A stretch of 64,000 nucleotides of DNA from Trichormus sp. ATA11-4-KO1 (GCA_019358915.1 JAHHIM010000019.1:18703-82702); one strand, 5' to 3'. Positions 39,086-50,466 are shown, counted from the first letter of the stretch. Numbers and translations are program-made. The notes: a model not told the origin generated them from the sequence alone.

Positions 39086-39851
39086 ATGATTGCTGCTCCG
39101 GGAAAAGTGAGTATAAAATTAAGATTTTAATTTTAAAAAAACTAGAAAATATATTTAATTGGTAAATATATGTTTAATTTTTTGTAAGTAACATTACGCA
39201 TTTATCATTAATCGACAAAGTTCGTGTGCCAATATTTGAAATGGAACACTGACAACATTGCCTGAAAATATTGTTCTATTCGCTAATTGTTAGTTACTTT
39301 GAATACAAGACTCTGGGTAGTACTTGTACAGGTTTTCAACCAAGGATTTCTCTAGTATCAAAATTGCTGTACCATATTTATCTTTCTCCAAGTCCATTAG
39401 TTTTAATTCCGGACTAGGAGAAAGTTAGATACTAATGGGCAGGATACTTTGTAATTGCAGTACCTGTATTAGTCGTAAAAGGCATTTTCCCATCAACCAG
39501 GAAACAACCTTGTTACGACTTTAGTTGACCGCAGTAATTTATCAGCCGGCGTTGGTTACTGCTTACCATTCCTATAAGTAAACCGATGTTTGCAATCCCA
39601 TAATTTTGACCGCAAACAGCCGAGGAAAGCAATCAACATCTCAACAATGGCTGAATTAATCTAGATAATACAAAGTATTTATCTAACTATTTTGTAATCT
39701 ACTTAACAATATTGCGGGAATTATATTTGCTATTAGCATATTTGTGCTTAAGGTAGCATTAATGCTTATTAATAAGCATTAATAAATTAGCATTATATAT
39801 GCAGATGAAAGCAAATATTCTTCTGATTTACAACCGTGTCGACTTGTTTTA

Positions 39852-41417
39852 TTAATTACCACTACCCAAGAGAAATAGACTCAGTAGAGTACCGCTATTC
39901 CAAAGACTATGCAGAAGCATAGGAGCTAAGAGGTTACGCGATCGCGTGTAAACAATGCCTAAAACAATTCCCAAGGCTGTTAAGGGCAGAATTTCCGATA
40001 AGCTCAGGTGAGCGATCGCAAACAACAAACTACTTAAAATAATTGCTCCCCACACAGGTACATAACGAGTCAGGGAGGGCAATAAAAAGCCCCGAAACAG
40101 CAATTCTTCAAAAATAGGGGCAGCGATCGCAGCTGTAAAGAAAAACATGCCAAGTGCCACAGTGTCTTGACTTTCCAGCGCCAATTGCAATAAGGGATTA
40201 CTGCCACCTTGACCTTGCCATAGCTGTTGATTAATCAACGACACCACCACCACTATCGGTAAAGCAGTACAATAGCCCCCCAATCCCCATAACAACCATC
40301 TATCTTGCAAACGAAAGCGAAACCAGTTTTCTGGTAGCGGAAAAAAGCGCTTGATAGATAAATAAAGCACCAACAATGCACCCGATGCCACCATTAGGTA
40401 ACTAACCAAAACGGAGAAAGCTTGTAGTCGGACATTCACAATTGGTCGGGGAATGGGAAGTAACAACAACAAAAAGGGCACAAAGATTTGCCCCATAAAG
40501 AAAAAGCCGACAACAAAAACCTGTAAAATTGTCTCCACATCCCAGGGCGTTGACCAAGGTAAATCAGCATTTTGAGCTAATAAAGCCGCTTTCCCCTTGA
40601 GTAGACGCTGGGCAATTAAAAAAACCAGGACAATGATTCCCAGCAACGCTGCCACAGTCGGAATAGTGCCAATCAAAGCTAATTTCACCACAGCTTGGAT
40701 AGCAGCTTCTTGTTGTGCCGCTTTAACTGTTGATAGGGCTTCTTGGCGTTGCTGGAGTTTATATAGTTGCACTAAAGAAGTAGAGCGAAACCAACCATCT
40801 AAATTTTGTTGAATCAGCTGTTGGGCATTAGGTAGTAACCGGGGGGGATCACTCCACATTCCACTTAACACAGCAGCCGTTTCCCGAAATTCCGGATTAA
40901 TCTCTGGAGTCTGCTGTAATTCGCTCCAAGTTTTGATGGCTGTATCCGTTTTTCCTTGCTTTGCTTGTAAAATACCTAGTCGCAAGTCTAATTCAGCCAG
41001 TAACTTTTGTAGTTGCTTGAGGGACTTCTGTAACTGTTGCTGCTGTTGACCAGAAGTATTAGTTTCCAGAGGATTGTTAGGTAGAGGTTTAGGGGGTACG
41101 GGAATAGTTTCCGATTGAGCAAGTTGCTTTTGAGCCTTGTCCCAGTTAGTTTTAACTAATTTACGCGCTTCTTGATACTGCTTTATGGCACTTTCTAAAG
41201 GTTGTTCACCCAGTATCGCTGCCTGAATCGCCTGTAAATTCTCGTCATTGCTATCTTCTGGTTGCCAAGCTTGGGCTTGCAGAGCAATATTGGTTTGGTA
41301 TAGTTCCAAGCGACTTTGAAACTGAGGTTGTTGCCAACTACCAAACAAAGACGAAACTGATAACAGAACTGCTATCGGCGTCAGCACAAAAAATAAAACT
41401 AACCGCTTAATTGACAT
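39852..41417 (-). CDS. CPBP/Abi (CAAX) intramembrane metalloprotease
   Basis: EELLFRG, FAIAH and H.LWN motifs. Confidence 0.9.
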   Translation of the reverse strand: MSIKRLVLFFVLTPIAVLLSVSSLFGSWQQPQFQSRLELYQTNIALQAQAWQPEDSNDENLQAIQAAILGEQPLESAIKQYQEARKLVKTNWDKAQKQLAQSETIPVPPKPLPNNPLETNTSGQQQQQLQKSLKQLQKLLAELDLRLGILQAKQGKTDTAIKTWSELQQTPEINPEFRETAAVLSGMWSDPPRLLPNAQQLIQQNLDGWFRSTSLVQLYKLQQRQEALSTVKAAQQEAAIQAVVKLALIGTIPTVAALLGIIVLVFLIAQRLLKGKAALLAQNADLPWSTPWDVETILQVFVVGFFFMGQIFVPFLLLLLPIPRPIVNVRLQAFSVLVSYLMVASGALLVLYLSIKRFFPLPENWFRFRLQDRWLLWGLGGYCTALPIVVVVSLINQQLWQGQGGSNPLLQLALESQDTVALGMFFFTAAIAAPIFEELLFRGFLLPSLTRYVPVWGAIILSSLLFAIAHLSLSEILPLTALGIVLGIVYTRSRNLLAPMLLHSLWNSGTLLSLFLLGSGN

Positions 41418-41675
41418 CTATCCCCCTTTAACGAGCCACAGGGAAACATGTCCCCCTTGGAAATTATCGCAAGAAAAAGCCGGAGGTTGATAGATATGAT
41501 CAATATTATGAATATGCGTTGGCTGCTGGCGATCGCACCTAGGCTGAAGGCTGATAAATTAAATCTTGTGGGATCAGGCGATCGCCAATTGCCGCTCCAA
41601 TTTCACTGATACAATAAAAAAGCCATATCTCACTGATATGAAATACCTGGTGCTGACCCCAAAATCCCGATTTTC

Positions 41676-42362
41676 ATGAGTAGCGATATCCAACTCAGCC
41701 TCTTCAATAACTCAAACTCGAACCAACGAGATTTGATTCCTACAGATGCCAAAATTGCCATTACACCTGGAACTTACTCCAACATGACCGAGTTGGCACA
41801 GGATTGCAACCGATGCCACCGTTGCGGTTTGGGAGACAATCGTACCCATGCTGTAGTTGGACGCGGTAACCTCCAAGCACCAATTATGGTTGTCGGAGAA
41901 GCACCAGGTCAAACCGAAGACGAAACAGGCTTACCATTTGTGGGTAGGTCAGGGCAATTGCTAGAAAAAATCTTAGCATCTGTAAAACTAAGTACTGAAA
42001 ATGATGTATATATCGCCAACATCAATAAGTGCCGTCCAGAAAATAACCGCGCGCCTACACCTAGCGAAATGACTGCTTGCACACCATATTTATTAGAGCA
42101 AATTCGCTTAGTTGACCCCAAAATTATTTTATTAACAGGTGCGACTGCGGTTAAAGGTCTAACTGGTGATAAGCGGGGAATTACTAAAATTCGTGGTCAG
42201 TGGATAGAGTGGGAAGGGCGTTTGTGTATGCCAATTTTTCATCCCTCTTACTTACTGCGTAACCCTTCTAAAGAACAAGGTGCGCCTAAATGGTTGATGT
42301 GGCAAGATATCCAAGCAGTGCGTGCCAAGCTTGATGAAATCAGGAATTTACAAAGTTCCTAG
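41676..42362 (+). CDS. Uracil-DNA glycosylase, family 4
   Basis: CNRCHRC Fe-S region, GEAPG, PFVGRSG, KCRP and HPSYLLR. Confidence 0.92.
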   Translation: MSSDIQLSLFNNSNSNQRDLIPTDAKIAITPGTYSNMTELAQDCNRCHRCGLGDNRTHAVVGRGNLQAPIMVVGEAPGQTEDETGLPFVGRSGQLLEKILASVKLSTENDVYIANINKCRPENNRAPTPSEMTACTPYLLEQIRLVDPKIILLTGATAVKGLTGDKRGITKIRGQWIEWEGRLCMPIFHPSYLLRNPSKEQGAPKWLMWQDIQAVRAKLDEIRNLQSS

Positions 42363-42425
42363 TCATCACAAATGAGCTAGGAGAAGTTGACATCTTGCCC
42401 GCACTAAAGTGACGGGGATTCCAGG

Positions 42426-43028
42426 CTATCTTGACTCAATTGTGACATTACGGAATTGAGCAGTCCGTACATTGTATCCTGGATTGTAAAATGTATAGCC
42501 AACTTCTAAAAGTGCCAATTTACTGAACTGTGCTGGTACTTCAAAGCTGATACTAGCCTTTAGGGGTACACCAGAAACGAGATTTGTTTGTGCCGATGCA
42601 CCTTGTTTCTCACCTAACTGGATGCTCCGGGCTACAAATTCTTCCCCTGATACGTTAATTATCCTAGAGTTATTAGCATTAACCAGAAACAGTCCATCTC
42701 TGTCCCCACTTCTGTCTTCAATTTTGGTTATGAGCAGATTACACGTTACATTAGTGCCACTTCTCAAGCAATTCTGTAGCTGAAAACTGAAACCATTAGC
42801 TTCTATCCGAGATGCATCTTGTTTTGGGGTAGTTTTATCACTCCCCTGTGGCATTAACGCCCCACACACAATATTGCCAGCATCTGTCCGCACACAAGTT
42901 TGCTGTGCTAAGGCTAGATGACTGAAACTCAATACGAATATGCTGGCAAGAGAGCCACTGGACAGGATAGCGAACTTTTGTAACTTGAGAATACCAGATA
43001 TTTTCATAATGGAAGTTTGGATTAGCAA
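42426..43028 (-). CDS. Hypothetical exported protein
   Basis: Signal peptide ending ALA-QQ, paired Cys residues, beta-rich mature region. Confidence 0.7.
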   Translation of the reverse strand: MLIQTSIMKISGILKLQKFAILSSGSLASIFVLSFSHLALAQQTCVRTDAGNIVCGALMPQGSDKTTPKQDASRIEANGFSFQLQNCLRSGTNVTCNLLITKIEDRSGDRDGLFLVNANNSRIINVSGEEFVARSIQLGEKQGASAQTNLVSGVPLKASISFEVPAQFSKLALLEVGYTFYNPGYNVRTAQFRNVTIESR

Positions 43029-43157
43029 CGCCTAATCTAAGTAACCCACTACGTAAATATACATGAATTTTCTTTGTAAGCAAATAGACACTAATCAATA
43101 CTGCCAAAAAAGTTAATATGGTGCGTTGCAGGCACGACAACGCACCCTACAAACAAG

Positions 43158-44684
43158 CTAAGTTGCTGATTCTGGGGATAATTCGGGTTTTTCTGGCTTG
43201 AGTAACGGAAAGGCGATCGCATCCCGAATACTGGCACAATCAGTCAATAACATCACTAACCTATCAATTCCAATCCCTAAACCGCCTGTAGGTGGCATTC
43301 CATATTCCAAGGCTGTGAGAAAGTCTTCATCGACACCTTGGGCTTCCAAATCACCGGCTGCTTTCCGGGCGGCTTGCGCTTCTAAACGTTCTCTTTGGTC
43401 GATGGGATCTGTCAGTTCTGAGAAGCTGTTGGCAGTCTCTCGCCCCACTATAAATAACTCAAATCGCTCTACCAAACCAGGTTGAGAACGATGAGGTTTA
43501 GCTAGGGGTGAAATTTCTACTGGATAATCAATGACAAAGGTAGGTTGAATTAAGTTTTCTTCTACTTTTTGTTCAAAGGCTTCATTCAATAATTTGCCAA
43601 TTGATAGCACATCTTCTATGCCGTGAATTCCAGCATTTTTACTGGCTACTTTCGCTGCTTCTAATGTTGGAAAAGCATGGAAATCTAAGCCTGTATATTC
43701 TTTAACTAAACCGTGCATTGTTACCCGTCGCCAAGGTGGTGATAAATCTATAGATTCAGCTTGGTAGGTAATTTGTAGTGTGCCGAGAACTTCTTGGGCC
43801 ACAGTGGTAATAATTCCCTCTGTTAGCGCCATCATGTCGTTGTAGTCAGCGTAGGCTTGGTAAACTTCAATTGAGGTAAATTCTGGATTATGCCGTGTGG
43901 AAACACCCTCATTGCGGAAAATCCGCCCTAACTCAAACACCTTTTCAAAACCACCCACAATCAACCGCTTGAGATGGAGTTCTGTCGCAATTCGCAGATA
44001 CAACTCCATTTCTAAGGTGTTGTGATAAGTCACAAACGGACGCGCGTCTGCACCGCCTGCCTCACTTTGCAAAACAGGCGTTTCAATTTCCAGAAAATCC
44101 CGTTCTTCTAAATAGCGACGAATGCCGGCAGTAATTTGGGCGCGACGGCGGAAAGTTTGCCGCACTTCAGGATTGACAATCAAGTCAACGTAGCGTTGAC
44201 GATAGCGTTTAGCAACATCCGTCAACCCATGCCATTTGTCGGGTAGGGGCAACAGAGATTTTGTGAGGATGCTGTATTGTTTGACGTAGACAGATAACTC
44301 GCCCTTTTCAGTCCGTTTAATAGTGCCTTTGGCTCCCAGAATATCACCTGCATCTGTAAGTTGTTTGAGGTGATTGAAGGCATCAGCATCAATATCTGCC
44401 ATGCCTTCTTGGATGCGATTTTTTTCTAGATAAAGTTGAATAGTGCCAGTTTCATCTTGCAGAGTGAAGAAAGCTAACTTACCGAAAACCCGACGCGCCA
44501 TAATGCGTCCAGCAATGGCAACATCTAAATCAACTTCTTCCCCACTGGGTAAATCGGCAAACTTTGCTTGTAATTGGGCTGTGTGATGGGTAGACTCCCA
44601 ACGATAAGCATAGGGGTTAGATCCTAGCTGCTTGAGTTGGTTGACTTTTTCCAGCCTAGCGGCACGGATATCTTCTTCCGACAT
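43158..44684 (-). CDS. lysS: Lysyl-tRNA synthetase (class II)
   Basis: [26 protein letters not shown]...HNPEF and [15 protein letters not shown]. Confidence 0.97.
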   Translation of the reverse strand: MSEEDIRAARLEKVNQLKQLGSNPYAYRWESTHHTAQLQAKFADLPSGEEVDLDVAIAGRIMARRVFGKLAFFTLQDETGTIQLYLEKNRIQEGMADIDADAFNHLKQLTDAGDILGAKGTIKRTEKGELSVYVKQYSILTKSLLPLPDKWHGLTDVAKRYRQRYVDLIVNPEVRQTFRRRAQITAGIRRYLEERDFLEIETPVLQSEAGGADARPFVTYHNTLEMELYLRIATELHLKRLIVGGFEKVFELGRIFRNEGVSTRHNPEFTSIEVYQAYADYNDMMALTEGIITTVAQEVLGTLQITYQAESIDLSPPWRRVTMHGLVKEYTGLDFHAFPTLEAAKVASKNAGIHGIEDVLSIGKLLNEAFEQKVEENLIQPTFVIDYPVEISPLAKPHRSQPGLVERFELFIVGRETANSFSELTDPIDQRERLEAQAARKAAGDLEAQGVDEDFLTALEYGMPPTGGLGIGIDRLVMLLTDCASIRDAIAFPLLKPEKPELSPESAT

Positions 44685-44806
44685 GGTAACGAACTAAGTA
44701 GGGCAAGATTCATTATAGATGCTGGAAAAGTTGACAGTGACAGATATTTGCAATCACATGAATCACCCAAAAGTCGCCAAAATATATGGTGCTGGGAATA
44801 AAACTT

Positions 44807-45220
44807 TTAGTTTTGTCCTATTTGTAGGGAATGCCGAGATGAAATGGCCTGCATTTTCAAATTAGTAAATTGCACGATCGCCTTAATTAAGTTTTGTTGT
44901 TCTGGTTGCAAATTTAGTTTTTCTAGTGCTTGATTGATATCATTGCCAGAATGTAGGCTATGAGCCAGTTGATGACGCTGGGATGAATTCAATACTGCCT
45001 CGATTTCTCGATTTCTTCTCTGACGCACAGCCTGGAGTTGTTGGTGCTGTTGCGGAGTTAGGTTAATCTCAGAAGATGAGGTATTGCTTACCTGGGCAAA
45101 TAGGATACCAGAATTAGGAGCGATTTGAACTGGTGCAGCCAAGGCAATTCCCGGCATGAAGATGAGCAGGGCCAGAATATTAGCGAATACAGACAGCCGT
45201 TTGCTAAGGTGAATTGCCAT
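44807..45220 (-). CDS. Hypothetical exported helical protein (Spy/CpxP-like LTxxQ repeats)
   Basis: Signal peptide (IALA-AP) followed by INLTPQQ, LNSSQR and LNLQPEQ repeats. Confidence 0.65.
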   Translation of the reverse strand: MAIHLSKRLSVFANILALLIFMPGIALAAPVQIAPNSGILFAQVSNTSSSEINLTPQQHQQLQAVRQRRNREIEAVLNSSQRHQLAHSLHSGNDINQALEKLNLQPEQQNLIKAIVQFTNLKMQAISSRHSLQIGQN

Positions 45221-45490
45221 ATGGAAAAATGCTTGCATCAAATTTAACTCATGTTTAGGGGGTAGCAGTCCACCCAGAAAGTATTATCCAATGTGAGTGA
45301 ATCTCAAAACATAAATTATGCTACAGCCTGTGACGGTTGATCAGATGCTTAGCTTACAAAAATTCTGAGTGTGGGATGATATCAAAAAATTAATGTGATT
45401 TTTTTGACAAATTTACTCAGCACTCTTTATCCTCAGGCTAACAGCCTGGGGATAAAAGCATTTGTGTAACTATGACTTTGAGAATTTCGG

Positions 45491-46453
45491 CTACTCAGAC
45501 CTTTTCATTTTGTTAATTTCTTGTTGTAATTCTGCAATTTGGCGGCGCAAATTTTCCACTTCTTGTTCGGAAGGTTCTGCTGCTACATTTACTGCACCGG
45601 ATGCGGGCGATCGCTGATAATTGCCTCGGCGAATTTGCTGGTATTGTTCTGATGCTGCCCACTCTTGCAAATAGCGTAACCGTTCCACAGGGAAAGGATG
45701 GGTGAGCATCATATCTTGCGAGCCATTGTAAATCAAGAATTTATAAATTTGATTCAGTCCATCTTCATCTAGTGACTGATAGTTTTCTGACTGTTTAATA
45801 AACTCCTGTAAACTACATTCATTAGCATATTTAATACTCCCGCCAGAAACTTTCATCATGGATGACATCACAGGGTTTAAGTCATCCATCACTAACAATG
45901 CGGCGCGATCTGCTGTTAACTCGGCTTTCCGTCGCCATTCAAAAAAGGCATAAATCAAGGCTTGAGTCACAAAATTGCCAATACCAAAGGTTAATTCCCC
46001 CAAGGCAGAAGCAGCACTCATCGCCCACATCGCCATTTGAATTAAAATAGTATGACCACACTTAATATGCCCCAGTTCATGGGCTAACACCGCCCGAATC
46101 TCAGCTTCGTTGAGTAAGTCTAGTATCCCTGTATTTATGACTATGTAAGGATTCTCCGGCCCCAGGGCATAACTATTGGCTTGGGGATTTTGCAAGACAA
46201 ACAGTGCAGGTTCTGGGTAAATGTCCAAATCCCGCACACATTCGCGGAACATCTGGTAAATAGTGGAATATTGCCGCGGCCCTACTTGGATGGTGTTGCC
46301 CATTAGATAGACTAACTGAGGGCGTTCGTAGACAAATTCCACAAATTTACGAGCTATTAAATCAAATCCCGGTAAATTTCGTAAAGCTTGCTCGGCTTGG
46401 CGATCCAGTGGATGCCTGAAGGCTTCGCTGGAAATTCCTGTGTAAGTTGGCAT
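45491..46453 (-). CDS. M48-family zinc metallopeptidase
   Basis: AHELGH (HExxH), AELTADR and LTHP...R. Confidence 0.9.
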   Translation of the reverse strand: MPTYTGISSEAFRHPLDRQAEQALRNLPGFDLIARKFVEFVYERPQLVYLMGNTIQVGPRQYSTIYQMFRECVRDLDIYPEPALFVLQNPQANSYALGPENPYIVINTGILDLLNEAEIRAVLAHELGHIKCGHTILIQMAMWAMSAASALGELTFGIGNFVTQALIYAFFEWRRKAELTADRAALLVMDDLNPVMSSMMKVSGGSIKYANECSLQEFIKQSENYQSLDEDGLNQIYKFLIYNGSQDMMLTHPFPVERLRYLQEWAASEQYQQIRRGNYQRSPASGAVNVAAEPSEQEVENLRRQIAELQQEINKMKRSE

Positions 46454-46591
46454 AATTCAGGGTGTAGGTCAGTGAACAGTGAACAGTTATCAGTCAACAG
46501 TTTAGTAGCTGGTAACTAATGACTGACAGATGAATAATAGAAATGGGGCTATTGGAGTTTAGAAGTCACTTTGTTATGGGATTGAAAGCTT

Positions 46592-48142
46592 GTGATTGAG
46601 GCTGAAGTTCATTTGTCACTACATAACTTCCTGCGATCGCAGGCGGGGTTCCCCTCCTGGCCGCATCATTTAACAATGGCACGGTTGGTGGCACGCGCCT
46701 TGCGTTTAGGACGTAGCGCCTTAATTCAAGTAGGGGCGGTTTGTGGCTATCAAGGTCGGTATCGCACTAGTTTTGTGGCATCTGCCTTGATGTGGCATGG
46801 CCCTGTGATGATTGTCGCCCCAGAAGCAGTACAACAACGTCTGTTAAGGGTGGAAATTCCCCGTCTCCAGCAGTGGCTACAAGTCAATAAACCAATCAGG
46901 ACGGGTGACGCTTGGCCTGGATCTGAGTTCCCAGGATTACTTTTAACTTCCCCTGAGGCTTGGTTACAAGGGCAAATCACATCTTCTGCTCATTTTCCCC
47001 CAGGCATTCCCACAATTATTGATGGAGTCGATGATCTAGAAGATTGGGTACGTCATCAACTCACCCAAGATATTCAACCCCATGACTGGGATCAACTCAT
47101 GCTGGCTTGTCCCCACCAAGCTGAGGTAATTCGTTCGGTACGGGCGCAATTGACACATGAACTATTTCAGCATCCAGCTAATCCCTATGAATGCTATCTG
47201 ATTTCCCCATTAGAAGCCGAGATTTTAAGTCAACTTTATTTAGAATTACAGTCAGTATCAGCACTCCCAGAACCCTGGAAACGTTTTTGGCAACAATTTC
47301 CCAGTCTTGATGAAAATATCTCTCCCCCTCCTCTCTTCTGGGTAACTATTGCCCGTCGTCAAGGGTTATTTTCTTTACATTACGCCCCCATTGAATTAAG
47401 GGCAACTCTCGCACCTATTTGGCAGAGACAGCCAGTGGTATTAATTGGCAGTGCTTTAGAACCGGAAACCGAAGCTCCATTGTTCCGTCAGCGTCTGGGT
47501 TTAGATGATGTAACTTGTTTGAAGTTTTCTTCTGATAGCCAAGGTTCAGCAATTCAGCTATATGTACCCCATAAGTTGCCATTACCCAACACCCCAGAAT
47601 TTCAACCAGCATTTATTCACAAAGTCCGGACACTGCTTTGTCTGAGTGCTACAGCCCCAGGATTGACGGTTATCTTGGTGGGTGATGTACCACTCAAGGC
47701 TCAAGTAGGAGCGATTCTGGCATCAGAGTTTGGTTCGCGGGTGCAGGTAGAAAAAACTTGTTTGGATGAAAATGGCATTTTGATCAGTGGTTGGGAATTT
47801 TGGCGATCGCATCAAACGGTTTTACCAGCGCCACATTTGTTAATTATTGCCACTTTGCCCTTACCATCTTTGGAAAATCCCTTGGTGGCTGGTAGAGTTG
47901 CTCACTACAAGCGATCGCATCAAGATTGGTTCCGGTTATTTTTGTTGCCAGCCGCCTTAAATGAATTGCAACGGGCGATCGCACCAGTGAGAGAAAGTCA
48001 AGGTATTGTCGCTTTGCTTGATAGTCGTGTGGTTAACCGCAGCTATGGCGCTCAAGTTCTGGCTGTCCTCAGTCCTCTAGCACGAATTAACTATCTTGAT
48101 CCGAGTTTATTTGCTCATGGCGATGAAGGAAATTCTACCTAG
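46592..48142 (+). CDS. DinG/YoaA-like helicase C-terminal domain protein (degenerate ATPase motifs)
   Basis: C-terminal LIIATLPLPS..P and ALLDSRV..RSYG typical of the helicase_C_2 domain; no Walker A or DEAH motif. Confidence 0.8.
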   Translation: MIEAEVHLSLHNFLRSQAGFPSWPHHLTMARLVARALRLGRSALIQVGAVCGYQGRYRTSFVASALMWHGPVMIVAPEAVQQRLLRVEIPRLQQWLQVNKPIRTGDAWPGSEFPGLLLTSPEAWLQGQITSSAHFPPGIPTIIDGVDDLEDWVRHQLTQDIQPHDWDQLMLACPHQAEVIRSVRAQLTHELFQHPANPYECYLISPLEAEILSQLYLELQSVSALPEPWKRFWQQFPSLDENISPPPLFWVTIARRQGLFSLHYAPIELRATLAPIWQRQPVVLIGSALEPETEAPLFRQRLGLDDVTCLKFSSDSQGSAIQLYVPHKLPLPNTPEFQPAFIHKVRTLLCLSATAPGLTVILVGDVPLKAQVGAILASEFGSRVQVEKTCLDENGILISGWEFWRSHQTVLPAPHLLIIATLPLPSLENPLVAGRVAHYKRSHQDWFRLFLLPAALNELQRAIAPVRESQGIVALLDSRVVNRSYGAQVLAVLSPLARINYLDPSLFAHGDEGNST

Positions 48143-48326
48143 TGGTAGTTGGCAAAATCTAGTATTTACGTTTTGTCAACTACCAGGCGATCGGTCGACA
48201 ACAAACGCTATTATCAGTTTATTCGGATACTCTATATTTCAGAAACAGTCACATTTGCTCTCTGATGCCAGCATGTTGACTGCCAAGATTGATTAAGAAT
48301 TTAAGTTAAACTTTGAATTGCTGATT

Positions 48327-48542
48327 ATGGGTGAAGCAAAGCGTCGTAAAACTACACTTGGAGAAAACTACGGTCAAGAGACTCGGATCTTGTCTTGGGT
48401 TCCCATCACCAAAACCCAAGCTGAACTATTTGTCTCTTGGACTACTCGCGGTGCCTGGATAGGTATTGGCGTTATGGTTGTTGCATGGGTAACCATCCGT
48501 TTTATTGGACCAGCTTTCGGTTGGTGGCAAGTAGTGTCTTAA
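48327..48542 (+). CDS. DUF2839-family protein
   Basis: MGEAKRRK N-terminus and RFIGP..GWW C-terminus. Confidence 0.85.
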   Translation: MGEAKRRKTTLGENYGQETRILSWVPITKTQAELFVSWTTRGAWIGIGVMVVAWVTIRFIGPAFGWWQVVS

Positions 48543-48646
48543 TAAGGCTGTTAAGCAACTTTATAAGACTTATGTGTACACCGTAGCTTCTCTACGAAAG
48601 GCTACTCTAAAGAGCCGCTACGCGGTAAGCTCTAAACCTAGCCTTG

Positions 48647-48750
48647 ATGAAGAGTGCTGAGTTAAAAAACCGCCCACAATTCGCGGCGGCTCTGTATCGA
48701 GTGCGAAAGTTCTGAGTATTCTTCTTCTGACTCAGCACTCAACACTGAGT
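48647..48750 (+). repeat. Dispersed element of about 105 bp, related to the insertion at 63709-63873
   Basis: Shares ATGAAGAGTGCTGAGTTAAAA.ACCGCCCACAA and GAGTGC.AAAGT.C.GAGTATTCTT.TT.T.ACTCAGCACTCA with the reverse complement of 63709-63873. Confidence 0.8.
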
Positions 48751-49856
48751 AAGGTCAATATCTGTCTTTAAGTATGTTATTGATTGGGTTATATAGCTAT
48801 TGTTAATGATATTTAAGACATTAAATAATAGATCATTACTCAATTTAAAAAGACTGGCTTGAGTTGGCAAAGCCTAAAGATATCATAGGTTTTTCCAGTG
48901 TTTGTATTTTTTCCACTCAAATTGCTATTTATAACTCACGCTAGAGTGACAGCTTTTAAGTCTCTAATATTATTGGTCAACAGAGTTTTGTGAAATCAGC
49001 TCTTTTGACTTTTGGAGGATAAGTAAACCTGATGTTTTATATCAATCTAGGTTATAAATTTAAGCCACAAAAACAGGGGTTCTGCACTTGAATTGGCTCT
49101 GGACAAATATAGACTCATGTAGCCGACACCATAGTCATTGATCATCCCTAATAAATTTTTGGGGATTTTGGTTAACTTTTGCGATGTAACCTTAAGAAAT
49201 TAGAGAATACTGGCGAAATGGCAACATGAGTATTCGGTGTTCAGTTATTCTCAGTATTGAGCTATAGATATTTAGGTGACGTATTTGGTATCGTGAACAC
49301 AATACTTAACATCTACCCATGCACAGCCAAGACCCCCGAACCCCAAACCTCAAGTTATCTGCCAACATTTATACTTCTAGGAGGACTTGACTGGATGTAC
49401 CCAACACTTGGGCAGCACTAAAACATCACCAGATAACACATAGGCTCACTACCTGATCAGGTATATAAAAAATACTGAAGTGGTGTCAAAGCCTTTGCCT
49501 ACATAGAGATTAGCAGGATATGTCCAGTAAAAATGCGATCCGTACCTTTTCTGTTGTTAACTGCTACTAAATTTGCGTTACTCTTAAAGCGGATCGTTTC
49601 AGCTAAGCACTTAATTGGACAGAACTATCTAAAGAAAAGATTAAATTTATCAAATCTGTCTGATCGATTGAACTTGCAAATTGAATAGTTTGATACGGCA
49701 AGCTGAATTTTTATCTACTACCCTAAGCAAGGTAGTCAATTAACGACTCCATCAGCGTCTGGAAATTGTAATGGATAGTTTACAATACCAGAAGGTGTAA
49801 AAATCTAAAGAAAATATAAAACAGACTAAAATGACTGTGGTGTCTGGAGGACAAAC

Positions 49857-50198
49857 GTGTTTCTAAGACTAGCGCATCAACACCGACAATTCGTCCAAGA
49901 CTTGGTAATGAATCTACAAGCCTTGGCAATTGTACTAGAACGGCGCGGATATCCTGCGTCCTGTTATACCTGCGGCGACCAGATGAACAGTGCTTCGTTT
50001 ATGGTTAGCTTGGGCGACAATCACCTGATTCGGTTCTTGGTATCAGACTACGGAATTACTTGGACGGAAATGCGGGATGACCGCGAATTAATGAAGTTAG
50101 AGGGTGCAGAGGCAATTAATCAGTTGCAGGAACTGGCTAATCTTGTTAAACAAGCTACACCAGCTAGTTCAGGTAATAAAGCCTTGGCTAAGAAGTGA
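49857..50198 (+). CDS. DUF1815-family protein
   Basis: MFLRLAHQHRQFVQDLV..LQALA...RGY.ASCYTC signature; GTG start with GGAGG upstream. Confidence 0.85.
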   Translation: MFLRLAHQHRQFVQDLVMNLQALAIVLERRGYPASCYTCGDQMNSASFMVSLGDNHLIRFLVSDYGITWTEMRDDRELMKLEGAEAINQLQELANLVKQATPASSGNKALAKK

Positions 50199-50466
50199 GA
50201 AGGATTCCTGTATCTAATGGGGTACTTTCAAAAAGGGTCTACTAGTAGATTTCGTATTGGTAATAGGTAATTGTAGCTTAGTCTACGATTCCCATTACCT
50301 ATTCACCCTTACGGTTACATCCTGTCCATTTAGAGGACTGAACGTGTAGGCTGACGCGGGGAATTTTGCATAATTAGCATGTTCCGAGCTTGATATTATA
50401 TCTGAGCGATAGTCAAACAATTTGAGATTTTGGATAAAGGAAAAAATCTCAAAATTGGTACAGTCA

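Noticed and set aside
39184..39197. NtcA-like site GTA-N8-TAC upstream of the TM2 gene
   Set aside because: It matches the minimal consensus, but I found no -10 box at the canonical spacing, and the motif is frequent by chance in AT-rich DNA.
39408..39413. DIF1-like TCCGGA heterocyst promoter motif (another near 29563)
   Set aside because: A bare hexamer with no convincing downstream element and no TSS data.
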